A stretch of DNA of 55,746 nucleotides, the filler included, from Jimgerdemannia flammicorona (lineage: Eukaryota): NCBI GenBank assembly GCA_003990765.1. It is 2 parts of 2 records of this genome, joined end to end, with 100 filler letters (N's around TTAATTAATTAA, not from the genome) between each part and the next. Parts side by side here need not be neighbours in the genome. Positions count along the whole stretch, not along the records: positions 27,933 to 55,746 come from RBNJ01000597.1; 1 more part is not named here. The stretch is one strand, 5' to 3'. Shown one piece after another: positions 35,767 through 48,217 of this stretch (position 1 is the first letter of the stretch; each line of letters begins with the position of its first letter). Position numbers and translations under genes: made by a program. The notes under the pieces were generated by a model. It was given only the letters and a program-made list of their open reading frames with translations, made no database searches and was not told where the DNA came from.

Positions 35767-37569
35767 GAGCCAGGTGGAGAGGGGTATTGCTATTGGGTAT
35801 CACATAGTCAGGGGCAAGTTCCTAGGGTTGTTTCAAGGGATTGTTGGGGCAGTTCATCCAGGAGTGGTCAATGCTATATTTTAAGCATACATATGTATAG
35901 ATATACTTATACTGGAGGCAGCCAGGATCTTGCATTGGGGTGTCATTGAAGAGAGATCCATTGTAGTTGTGGCACACCAGTGGGATTTTGGAGGAACTGG
36001 GGCTGTAATTAGTGTGAGTTGAGCAAGAGATCTGGTGTAAGTGAGACAATGCTTTGGAAAATAAAGCTGCAGTAGAAACAGATACCAGTGGCTTCAGATG
36101 GAGACTCAGGGACATGAATAAATCAGGGTTATGTTTAGCCCAATGGCAGCACCATTTAGTCAAAATCTCATCATGAGTGACTTTGGCAATGTGTTTGTTG
36201 TGGAAGAAAATATGGTGATTGAGGAGGGCATATCAGAGTGACATTTTTGCAAGAGAGATAAAGTTGATAGTGTAAGAGAGGAATGATGTGGGTTTAGTCA
36301 GATCTGGGTAGGTATTGTGGATGATGCTGAAGTAGGTTAGTAAACTAGAGATGAAGGTGGGGATGTCAGAGAGGTCCTTAGATAGAGATATAGCTTTCTT
36401 GGTGATGATGCATGTGCCCAAATCCTCCAGAGATTCAAAAAATTTGTTGTTCCATGTCAGAACTCCTTATGTCAGGTGGTGTTCCAGTAGCCAACCAAGT
36501 ACTGTTGCTGGGACTGTCTCAAGAGACACAAGTGCTCTGAGTACTCCACCAAGATCAATAGAACAAGGAATTCGCCTGGTACAGCATGCCCAGAGTACAG
36601 AAAGAAGAAGAAGAAATGTAGACATGTTTCAGAAACACCTGCAGCTGAAGCTGCAGAAGTATAATCAAATTGGGGTCAAGACTCATCTGAGAAAAAAGAA
36701 GCTTCTGATCAAGAAGTTCCTTAAAAAGAAGCACCCAAAGAAGAAGAGACCACTGAACTCATTCTCTGAGATAACCCTTGCTGGATACCACCTGAAGACA
36801 ATGACTCTTGGAATATAGAAGAAGGACCCAGCACAATTCCTATTATTCCTAAGAAAAAAACTCACCAAGAGAAGGCACTTCAGTTAGAAAGATATCTATA
36901 CCAAATGGTCTTCCACTCTTTCTGTGGCTACTGCTACCAGTACCATCTAATAGACCAATAGGAGAGACAGAGACCCAGATACCAGAACCCCCAAATATAG
37001 TTGTACAGTCAACTACTTTCCAAGAAGTTACCACCAAGTTGCAAAGCCAATTCAGAGAACAAGTTCTCTTCACCTGAACAGAAGTATACCCCTTGTCCAC
37101 TCTTCCCCCAACTTATGATCAAGATGGATACTGATTCCTGAGAAAACAAGAGATCAATAACCAGAAACTATATTTTCAAGTAATCAGATATTGCAACTAT
37201 AAAAGACACCCAGACTACTGAGACTGTAGATATCAAAAGATTCATCTCAGTCATTATGTTGCAATCCACACCTTGAAGAGAGGAGATAATAGAGGCTAGA
37301 TCAGAAAAAGCTAGACCAAGAAGCCAGGAAGAAGAACTCTCAAGATCTGATTTAGGAGAAGATATTCTAGCTCTCACTAGATATGCAACCCATCAAGAAT
37401 GGGTAGAGGATGCCACCAACTTCATGGAAGCCCTAGACCCTATAGAAAGAAGAGAAATCAACTATCTCTGAGTTCCCTCCACTGTAGCCAGATGGCCACA
37501 CCTCAACCTCAGAGTCTGGAGGCTCTCTGCTAGTGGAGCTTCAGCCCTAGGATAGCCTGAACTTAGTAA

Positions 37570-37985
37570 GAATATTGCCCAGTATGCCCTACTATATCCC
37601 AAGGCCAAACCCCTGACCAAATCCCACCCAGAGGATATAGGATATGATCTTCACAGTCTGGAGGATGAATCTATTAAGTCTGGAAAAACATTTATAATCA
37701 GAACTGAACTAGTCATACAGCTACCCCAAGGAGCTTACATCCAACTAACCTCAAGGTCTGGACTTGCCAGATAAGAAATAACCTTAGAAGGAGGAATCAT
37801 CAACCTAGGATATATAGGTGAAATCAAGGTCATTCTATATAATAGTAGTACAGAATGGCACCAAATCATTAGAGGATAGAAGATAGTCCAAGCAGTCTTC
37901 ATGAAGGTCAAGATCCCACAATTACAAGAAGTCTTTTAACTGACTGAAGAAACAAGACAAGCCAAAGGATTTGGAAGTTCAGACA
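37570..37985 (+). pseudogene. dut: Gypsy-2 dUTPase domain
   Basis: DIGYDL, SRSGLA, GGIINLGYIGEIKV, KIVQAV, RQAKGFGSS. Confidence 0.88.
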
Positions 37986-38399
37986 AGAAGAAAGTACATC
38001 TCCTTCAAGTCAACTACCTTAAGAGAAATGTCCCTCAGCAAGTATATCACCAACCAGTCAAACTGCCCAGGAATCTCATCCTGGAGCCTGGAGACCAAAC
38101 CACCTTCGAAATCTTTGCACTACCCAACCCCAGAAATCTCCAATGAAGATATCCCACACCTAGACATAGAAGGATACATCTTCTCTGACAAGATGAACTC
38201 AGTATATTCCCAAGCAACCAATAAAAGTTGAGAAACTATCATCTTGCCAAAAGGAACTATCATAGGGCATCTGGTGCCTTTTCTATACTGAACTTATAGA
38301 GAAGTTTATGAATTAAACCTATTGGGAAATAGCAAAAGGTCCCAGAAGAAAGGCATGGCCCCTCTGTGACCCAGGAGATAGTGAAGCCTTCTACCAATA

Positions 38400-39784
38400 T
38401 TGGAGAAGAATTGACATTCCAACAACACCAAAAACTAGTAGAACTTCTCAACAAATATCAAGATATCTTCACTATCAATTATGGCAACCTGCCATATAAT
38501 CCATCATAGTACTTATTAATATAGGAAATGTAACACCCATCTGGCAGAAATCCTATAGAATATCCCATTTCTTAAAAACATTTAAAAAGGAACATATTCA
38601 AGAACTCTTAGACAATAAAGTTATCTGATCCTCTATCAGCCCCTGGCCAGTCCTATACTTATTGTATCAAAGAAAGAAGGATGGAGACTCTGTATAGATT
38701 ACAGGAAACTCAATTCAGTCACCAAAAAGGATGTCTATCCTTTACCCAGAATTAATGACCTTTTGGATCAGTTATAAGATACCAGATACTTCAGCAGTAT
38801 GGACCTTTTTGCAGAATTCCATAAGATCTCCATAGACCCTAAAGATACTCAAAAGACAGCCTTCCTTACTCTGGGAAAACTTTTTGAATACCTCTGAATA
38901 CTCTGTGAACTTTACAATGTACCTCCCACCTTTAAGAGGATGATGAATTCAGTCTATACTCCCTTAATCCACTACTGTCTGATTGCATATATAGATGATT
39001 TCATCATCTATTCAGCAAATTTTGAAGAATACCTATACCATCTAGAAGAATTCTTCAAGCTCTCCTACAAGAACTACATGAGACTCAATGTAAAAAATAC
39101 TACTTTAGGAAACAGAGACTTAAATTCCTTGGATTCATAGTTTCAAAAGAAGAAATCTATACAGACTCAAAGAAAACCAAGAAGATCAACAATTGGCCTA
39201 TATCTAAGACCCTGAAGGAAATACTATCAGTCCTGATGCTAGTATCTTACTGCAGAAGGTTTATCAAGAATATTGCTCAAATTGCTGCCCCAATTCAAGT
39301 TCTTCTCAAAAAAGAAGTACCCTACAAATAAACAGATTCATAAGAAAAAGCCTTCAAAGAACTCAAGAACCATATGACCACAGCACCAATCCTTGTACAC
39401 CCCAATCTACAGAAGCCATTCATCTTATATATAGATACTTCCAAAGATAGCCTAGGAGAAGTTCTAGCCCAAGAGGGACCTGACCAACAACACTATGTAA
39501 TAGCTTATATAAGTCAAGCTACTAATTAGTAGTAGATGAACTATGGCAGCACTAAACTAGAATGCCTTGCAGTTATGGGTGGTTACTCTGTTCAAGCATT
39601 ATCTCATTGGAAAAAGGTTTAGCCTGATCACAGACCATATAGCCCTCAAATGGCTATTTAACTATAGGAACCCAATGGAATCCTAGCCTACTGAATTCTT
39701 ATCCTTCAGGATTACAAAATCACTATCATCCACAAAGTATGGAAAGCTCACAACAATGTTAATATACTTTTCTGCCAGCTCTAA
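38400..39784 (+). pseudogene. Gypsy-2 RT-RNase H
   Basis: [49 protein letters not shown]; ends AHNNVNILFCQL*. Confidence 0.9.
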
Positions 39785-39789
39785 TAAAC

Positions 39790-40869
39790 CAGAAGAAGGG
39801 TGTCCTGAGGAATTATACCCTAAAGGAAGCTCCTCAGACCATTAAGGCACAACAAGATCTCATCTAAAAAAAACATCAGAAAGCCCACCAAGGACAAGAA
39901 AACATAAAAGAAAAGTTGTAAACAATATATCAATATTGGCCCAATCTCAGAACATAAGTCTAGGACATACTCAAGAAATGTGACATCTGCCAGAAGTACC
40001 AAGGAAGGACGAACTACCAAGCACCACTGCAACCAATTATACTATCAGACAACATCTTTCAGTGATAGAAAGTAGATGTAATTAGACTTCTACCAGTTAT
40101 ACCAAGAAGAAACAAATACATCCTTATATTTGTAGAACATCTGACTAAATAGCCTAAGGCTTACCCAATGTAAATTGCAGATGCCTTAACTATTGTAGGC
40201 CTTCTCCATGGACTCACACTCAGATATAGACCCCCAGAAGAACTTATCTCTGATTAAGACACAGAATTCATCAATAATATAATTGTAAGTTATACTTAAA
40301 TTCATAATATCTACCTCAAATAGACCACATCATACTACTCTCAGACCAATGGCATGATAGAAAGAATGAACCAGACCATTAAGAAAGAACATACCTGAGT
40401 CAATTCTACTAACTGGGATCTTTGCTTACCTGACATCCTATGAAAAATTCAGAACACCCCTGCTGCCTCCACCAAACAAAAGCCATTTGAAATGATATTT
40501 GCCAAGAAAACCAGAACTGCTGATCACATGAATCTTGGAGACCTCCTCAAGAAGGCAGAAGAGTTACATAATCAGGCCCAAGTTCAAATTACCAAAGCCC
40601 AAGAAAGACAAACAAAGAACTATGACCAGAAAAAGAAGGACTAGAAGATCAAGATTGGATATTATATACTATTTTTAGTTTAGAGAAGCATGATTGAAAC
40701 AAACTTTGCTGCCAAATTGGAGCCCAAATGGGAAGGACCTTATCTTGTATATAATATCAGAGGAACCAGCATCTATTTAAGAGGCATGAATGGATGAACC
40801 CTGAGGACACTAGTATACATCAATTGCCTCAAGATATACCTTTCCCCACATCATAAATCAGAGAGTTAA
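39790..40869 (+). pseudogene. Gypsy-2 integrase, N-terminal part partly deleted
   Basis: KCDICQK, DVIRLLPV, YYSQTNGMIERMNQT, AKLEPKWEGPY. Confidence 0.85.
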
Positions 40870-40879
40870 CAACTGCCTT

Positions 40880-41366
40880 CAGACTCTGATTCTTAGCTGA
40901 TTTCAATCACTGCTAGTTCCCCTACTCCAATTTCGAGAAATCATTGAGACTACCCTCCAGAGAATTCAGATTTATCAAGAGAATCTTGTCCTGGCCAGAT
41001 GATTGTACAGACCAATCAACTTCAGATCCACTATGAAATTGGAGAACAATTGTAGAACCTCCCAGCCTCAGAACAAACATATATTAGAAATACTACAGAA
41101 CTATTAAGAAGAGATATTACTGCTGCAGACAGGCTTTACACTCTTTATAAACATAACTCTGCAGCCTTATTACAAGTACAATTCCCCTGGTGTAATGTAC
41201 AAAGAATGAACCTGGCCACCTATCTGAGTATCACCAATACTATTGAAATCCTATTTCTAGAAGAAGAAGAAGAACTCTTAGAATAGAGCAACTAGGGTAC
41301 AGATGACAAAGATAATGGAATGGTATTGATACAGAAGATGCTTACCCACACTGGAATGATGACTAA
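40880..41366 (+). pseudogene. Gypsy-2 post-integrase accessory ORF, third homolog of the U3 ORF family
   Basis: QLQIHYEIGEQL*...DITAADRLYTLYKHNSAALLQVQF...EEEEELLE. Confidence 0.62.
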
Positions 41367-41849
41367 AGGATAGTCTGAGAACAGGCCATCCTTTAGTGTG
41401 GGCTGATGTGATAAACCAAAATATATCACCCAAATTATAACTTAGCCAGATGATGTGAACACATAGTATAGTAACCAGACACAGCAATCATTACTGTGGA
41501 AAACTATATGAATAACCAGACTACTAGATAAGGTATATCTTTGCAGGACCTGCACACCTGTCCTAGATCTGCACATCTGTACTAGACCTATACATCTATA
41601 CTGAACCAGTACAACTTGTCATAAGTAGCAAATCTATAATTAGCAACACAGCAACCAGATAGCAACTATAATGTATAAAATATCCCAGAGACAAGAGTGA
41701 ATAAACCTCAGTCTAAAAAGTCTGAATTAAGAGCAAAAGATAAGTCTGCCTATTATACTTTGAGAGATATGCCTGCTAAAAGCCACTTGATCCAGAAAGG
41801 ATTGCAACACTTAGGAGAAATGTCCACTCTATAGCCACTGCTAGGAGAT

Positions 41850-42349
41850 TGTGAGCTTTACCTTTTTCCACTCTAGTCCACTTTCTGATATAAAGAACAA
41901 GGTTTGCTTACCAGATAAGCCGAGTTTGCTGCCCAAGTTTAAGGAAGAACTTCAATACCATTTCCAAGGTATCTGTATTCCCAGAAAGCCACTTTAAGAA
42001 ACCTTACCATAAGCCAGTCTCTTGATGCAACTTTGCAGTAGAGCTAGTCCAACAATATAACTCTGTGCAAATAAAGCCAGTCTTTGATGTAACTTGCCAA
42101 GAATCTGAGTATTATATCTAGAGAGCCTACTGATTCAGGAATAATATATAATATCTGAGTTATTTAAGTTACCCAAGTTATCTGCAACATCCAAGTTATC
42201 TATGTCATTTGAGTTATTCATTTATTCCCAATGAGTCTGGTATAGAAGAATCTGTCACCAAGTATAATTTCCAGTAAGCCTATTCAGAAGGAATCTATAC
42301 CACCCTCTATTGGTAGTAAACCTGTACCCAAATTGAGTTATCCAAAAAT
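41850..42349 (+). repeat. Gypsy-2 3' LTR, left part (start uncertain)
   Basis: 42245-42349 matches 27943-28047; internal short tandem repeats; candidate TG start after ctaggagat. Confidence 0.55.
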
Positions 42350-45300
42350 GAAGAGATCCCAAAGGGATAGTTCATTAAAGATGTATATTACTTGATTAGG
42401 CAATTACAAATATATATATCATACAATTATAGAATTCATTGTATGTCCAACATCTTGTCCCCTTTCCCTTATACTTAATTAACTTCACTATTATACAGTT
42501 TTACTCACACATTCATTGTTAAAACATAGTTACCATTATAACTAATAATTACAATAGTAATATACAAATACATATGTATAAAAAAAAAAAAAAACTACAC
42601 AAATTGAACTAACCATGACACATCCCTGCAACTCTTATCAGATCTGCCATACTGCAGGTGATGACTTCCCTGGATGACATTCTACTGGCTCAAATATGTG
42701 CCCCTTATCTCATAATATGGAGGCTATCATGGCTGCTATTGCAGTATGTACTGAAGGGGACAATGTGGTTTTAGCAACTTTTCTCCAACTTTGCAATCAT
42801 TGCAATATACTATGATATTCACCTGAACTCACTGCAAGTGCATCTACCAGACTACTACAGACAGATTTCAACTGGGATGCCCACATCACTAAGCAAGACT
42901 AACTAATTGCCACTCTATGCCACTACCTTGAAAAAGCCTGAGCTCCACCTCTTCTGATCACTATCATCGACCCAGCATCTGACTCTGATTATCTTACTGA
43001 CCCTGAACCTCTGGGCACTGTACCAGTAGTGTCTGTGTTGTATCCAGTGCCAATTTCAGTTTTAGGCATAGGTATACCCCCAATGTGAGTTTTAGGTATT
43101 TCTGTCTCAGATATTTTCATACCTCAGTCACTGGAGCTTCCCACTCAGCAGTCTTTACATACAATAGTTCAGTCAGTTTTTTGGCCATTGTTACCACCTG
43201 CTGCCTTTCTACTTCTGATATTGCCAGACCCTTTCAGTTTCCAGCACCCACCTACCCAAATTCCACTTACCACCTACTCTGACATCCAATCTCTATTTCT
43301 GGCATCCAGCTACTTTTCTTATGCACAAAGCTCCATGAGACCTCCTATTACTATGACTATACTATACACCTTTATGATTGCCCCAATACCCATAGGTGTG
43401 GTCTCAGGTGTCCTTTTTTCCTTCTGCATACAATGTCCCCAACCTCACTAAGTACTTAAGTGCAAACCCCATTATAGTCTCTGCCATTCTCCACAATACT
43501 TTTTAACTGTGAGATCTGAGAAAACTAGTTATCTGCTCCCCTTCGACTCTTGCTCCTCTCAATTCTCATTTTATTGAATAGGTCAACCCTACCACTCTCA
43601 TGCATGTATTATGGCCACAGGAAGTTACCATAATCAAGGATTTCCCCCATCTTCTTGTGCTACTTGGCCCTTTGTTACTATATTTCAGCATACTCTATGA
43701 TGCATTCTCAGGTCTTACTAATCTGACAACATTCTTTTGCTACATCTCTGACCTCATCTAACTAAACAGCAATTATCAATGAGAGGCAATACTTGATTAT
43801 CACATTAAGTTCTATGTACAACAGATTGCTACCCCCCTCTCTCACACATCATGTTTGGCATGGGCTACTTGGGATGGTGAACTTATATCTTAGCATCTAC
43901 TCCCTTGACCTCTACACCATTCCACTGGATCCACCTCATCTGTAGCTTATTTACTGAGAATCTCTCCTCCATTATGACCATCTTGGTACAACCATTCTTA
44001 TCAATCATCAAATATATGCCATGTATTTAACCACATTGTTCAGAATGGTACTGTCAACTCCTCCTTAACTGGCTGTACCCACCAAAACTGCCCTTACTGA
44101 CATCTATGCTCCTATTGCACAAGACCATATAGTGTATTTGAATGTACATTATAGGATCCTGTGGGCGAATCAATGGACCATATTGTAGTTCCCCCTTCTG
44201 CCCCATCAATAAGACCCCACCCTTCCACTCCTTTAACATTACTTCCCCCTCAACCACCTAATACCTCCTTCCCTCTCACCACTTCCCTGATTTCGGCCAA
44301 ACATATCCTGGATATCTTCTCTTTTCCAAAAACCTCTCCTTGAGCCAACATATGGACATTGGCATTCTAGGCCTTCCCTGACTGCCACTTATTATCCATG
44401 ATCTTACTCACATTATGTTAAGGTGTTTACATTGGCTTTATGGGCATGTACTATGCTTAAACATGTCACAACTTACCTTTCATGCATGCCTTTCCTCAGG
44501 CAATTTTAGATGACATTATAACTAAAATTGCTGCAGACTGCATTGCAGGCCCCTTTCCTCATCCTCCTTTCCAAAACTTTTGGGATTCTTCACTGGGCAT
44601 AGTGACAAAGAAAGAATCTGTCAAATAGTACCACATTCACCACTTATTATTGCCCTATAGTATATCAATCAATGATGCCATTTCACCTAATGATTTTACT
44701 CCAGGTATACAGCCTTTGACCAGGTATTTGACATCATATGATGACTTGGTAGAGAGATCTTACTCTTCAAGGTAGACCTGGCCAATGTTTTTCGATATAC
44801 CAGAAGACTGGAAACTTCTTGGCTTCTATTGATGCAGTCTTTCCTACTTTGATCAGTTTCTTCTATTCAGCCTATGCTCATTGTTATTTCTCTACAATGT
44901 GTTTGGAGAGATACTAGAATGGCTGTTCAAGTGCCATGGTCTGGAGGACATCATCTGATATATTGATGATATATTGGGTGCATGCCACTCTTCTCAGGTA
45001 TTAGCTCTGCTGCAGCTCCTCAAATCAATCTACCATACTATCAGTTTTTCTGTATGAGATGAGAAGGTTGAAGGCCCCTTGACCTGTATCCCCTTTTGGG
45101 TATTGATATTGATACCAATGACAAGGAAGCATGTATCACAGAGGGAAAAATCCAAGCCATCCTCTCTACAATCTCCAGCTTCCACAGTTATTCTAACTAA
45201 GCAACTGCTATAAAACAGGAAATACTCTCACTCATCAGTTCCCTCTCCTTCACATACTGTGTTATTCCACAAGGTTGACCCTTTCTCCACTACTTCATTA

Positions 45301-47827
45301 ATATTTCAACCTCTGTCACTTATCCAGACCACTACATTAACTTATTAGCAGACTTTTTTGCTTATCTCTAATAGTGATCACAATTTCTTATATTATGGAA
45401 TGGGGTTGCAATAATCACACCTTGGGAAGAAGTCACTGATGACCAGTTCTGGACAGATGGCAGTGGCACTTTGGGCTTCACTACCCTTTTTGATAAAGCT
45501 TGGTTCACTATCTTTTGGCCAGCAGAACTCTATTTTGAGAATATTCAATTTAAGGAATTATATGCTATTATAGTCACTACTACTACTTGGGGTCTGTACT
45601 GGTGCTTTTGATATATTCATGTGCATATAGACAACTAAGCAGAAATATCATATATCAACCCAGGCACCTCTTATAACTCCAAACTCCTTGAGCTACTATA
45701 CTAATTATTGTTTTTAGGCACATCATATTCATTTCAGTTATATACATCATACATCCCCTCTTACCTAAATGCCATTGTTGATACAATGTTCTGTCTTGAT
45801 TTCTCCTACTTCCACACCCTTACCACTTATATGGATTAGACCCCTACTATACTGGGCTCTCTCCCTACTATGGTTTTCTACTTCTCACTGCATTCTTCCT
45901 AGGCTCAGCCTGGCAGACTCTATATAATGGACATATTCCACTGGTCAATACAGCTTCATTAACTTCTGCACTGCTAATAACCTCTACAACTTAGACAGTT
46001 CCCTTCTGCCAGTCTCCAAACATCATTTAATTCTATGGATATCTACTCTGGCTCTTCAATATCTATGCCCAATTACTATCAAGATATATCTCTCTGCCAT
46101 CCACTCCCTCCATATTGACATTGGTCTTCCTGACCCTCTGGATGACTTGATTCAACTCTCCTGAGTCCTTCAGAGCATCAAATGCTAACTCAGTGAACCT
46201 CTCTCTTGACCATACCTCCCTATCTCTATCTCTATTTTGGTATGGATTCTTCCTTTTCTCGACCTCTCTATTAAAAACCACCTTAATTTTGCAGTGGTCA
46301 TTATGCTTGCATATTTTGGATTCCTCTGATCAGGTGAATTCACCTGGGGCTCTTCATCATTTGACCCTACTACCAACCTCACCCACTCAGCTATATGGTT
46401 CATGACCTCAATATATAAACTCTCCTATATCTCTCTGACTATTTCTTCATTCAAAACTGATCCATTTTGAAGAGGCACCACTCTCTATATTGCTTGAGCA
46501 CCTACTAGTGCCACATGTGCCATCCTTCTCTCTGAGCTCTCTTTCTCTCCTTCTCTGCTCTGCCTAATTCACCACTTTTCTGATATACTGGTGATGCCCC
46601 ATTTTCTTGTACTTGGCTCTTATCTGACCTACAGCCCCTCCTCACAACCATCAGGCTCTCAGTAACAGTATTCACCAGTCATTGTTTTCATATTGGAGCT
46701 GCCTCTAATACCACTAAAGTGGAGTTCTCAGACTATGAGATTCAAATTCTTGGACAGTAGTATAGTGATGCCTATCAACTATATATTTGGATGCCAAAAT
46801 CCTGCATACTTTATCTTATATCAGCTTTAGCATTATGTTTACCCAACACTCTCTGATCATGATGTAGAATCAGTCTATGACAATCTATATAAGACATGCT
46901 TACTAGTATTTGGTCCCAAGACTGTGGTAGTATAAGATTCCATGACCATATTTGAGTCCTTGCCACTATGATGCAGAATTAGTCCATGATAATCTACATA
47001 GGAAATGCCAATTTCATGCCTTGTCCTTAGACTATAGTAGTATAGAATTTCATGACCATGGTTTGGTATAGCCCACTATGATACAGAATCAGTCCACAAT
47101 AATCTACATAGAACACACCTCATGAGGTAAGTCCCAAGACTGTGGTAGTGCAGGATTCCATGACTATGGTCTGGCATTTACTCTTCAATCTATCTCTATT
47201 CTATTCTTTTACCTGTGCAAGGCTCTTGCTCATGGATATATATCCCAGGCAGACCTGATGACTACTAGGTAAGTTCTAATCTCTTTAGATTGAGTTCTTT
47301 GAAACTGACTGATATAACATATTCAAGATAGAAACATTCCTCATGCATGCATTTGCCCAAATATACAAACTTATACTTATCTAATTTGTTATCATATATA
47401 ATTTAGTATAAGAGTTGCAGCCATGAGAGGACATAAGTTATTGAAGGAGTAAGACAGAGATTTAATGAAGGGATCTCAAAGAGATAGCACATTAAAGATA
47501 TATTATTAGGCAATTACATATATATATATCATACAATTACAGAATTCATTGTATACCCAACATTTTGTCCCCTTTTCCTTATACTCAATTATTTTTGCTA
47601 TTATATAGTTTTACTTCTACCCATCTCTCAATTCATACACATATTGTATATTGGGTTCTTTGGAACTAACTGATGTAATGCATTCAAGACAGAAACATTC
47701 CTCATATATGTATTTGCCCAAATATACAAACTTATACTCATCTAATTTGTTAAGACATACAATTTAGTATAAGGGTGACAGGCATGAGAGGGCATGAGTT
47801 ATTGAAGGAGTAAGATGGGGATTTAAT
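42350..47827 (+). mobile_element. Ngaro tyrosine-recombinase retrotransposon 2, structurally complete, degenerate ORFs
   Basis: A1 42350-42505, B1 ~47289-47466, A2 47467-47615, B2 ~47650-47827. RT (FKVDLANVFR, YIDDILG), RH (WTDGSG, NIQFKELYAI), YR (HCFHIGAAS...YEIQILG...SDAYQLY). AAT at all three junctions. Confidence 0.92.
46859..47175. repeat. Three ~110-bp tandem units with conserved blocks and variable spacers
   Basis: Units start at 46859, 46968 and 47078. Confidence 0.85.
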
Positions 47828-48217
47828 TGCATACTTTTGGAGATCATTATGCTAAAAAGAGATCACCTATCACCTAAGAAGGAAACCACTAAATTGCCAG
47901 ATCATTACTCAAGAAGAAAACCACTAAATTGCCAGACATTATCACACTTTACAGAAATTATCCACCACCTAAGAAGGAGACCACTCATCCCATATACCTA
48001 CAAATCACTGCTATATCCAGAGAACTACCCCAATAAAGAAATCAATACACAAATTACTTACAGATATCCTACTTTAACTATTATACTACTGAATATCAAT
48101 AAGGACACCAGAATCTTAGAACATTTTGTTGCTTTTAACAAAGTAACTAGGGGCTTAAGCCAAACTACATTAACCCCCAACCATGTAATTTGCCTCCATT
48201 GAACCAGACACATTATA
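47828..48217 (+). repeat. Gypsy-2 3' LTR, right part
   Basis: Matches 28048-28401. Confidence 0.85.

Larger units (their letters stand above)
30033..36418 (-). mobile_element. Ngaro/DIRS tyrosine-recombinase retrotransposon 1, 5'-truncated, degenerate
   Basis: Split repeats B at 30033-30168 and 30498-30636; YR (YFGCLWSGEI, SFKTDPF, GYSFWID...YEIQIL...SDAF) ~31150-32050; RH HIWTDASG ~32475; RT LHYIDNFIL ~32965. Confidence 0.82.
27941..48217 (+). mobile_element. Ty3/Gypsy 'Gypsy-2', degenerate, with dUTPase, hosting nested elements
   Basis: Partial 5' LTR ends ...ggcatgttaca at 28401; PBS TGGAGGCTC at 28404; gag; dUTPase-RT-RH-IN at 37570-40870; 3' LTR homologous to 27941-28401 at ~42245-42349 plus 47828-48217. 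Confidence 0.85.

Noticed and set aside
46912..46930. Twister ribozyme (ggtcccaag)
   Set aside because: Only this short motif matches; the AAGCCC continuation and pseudoknot partners are not evident
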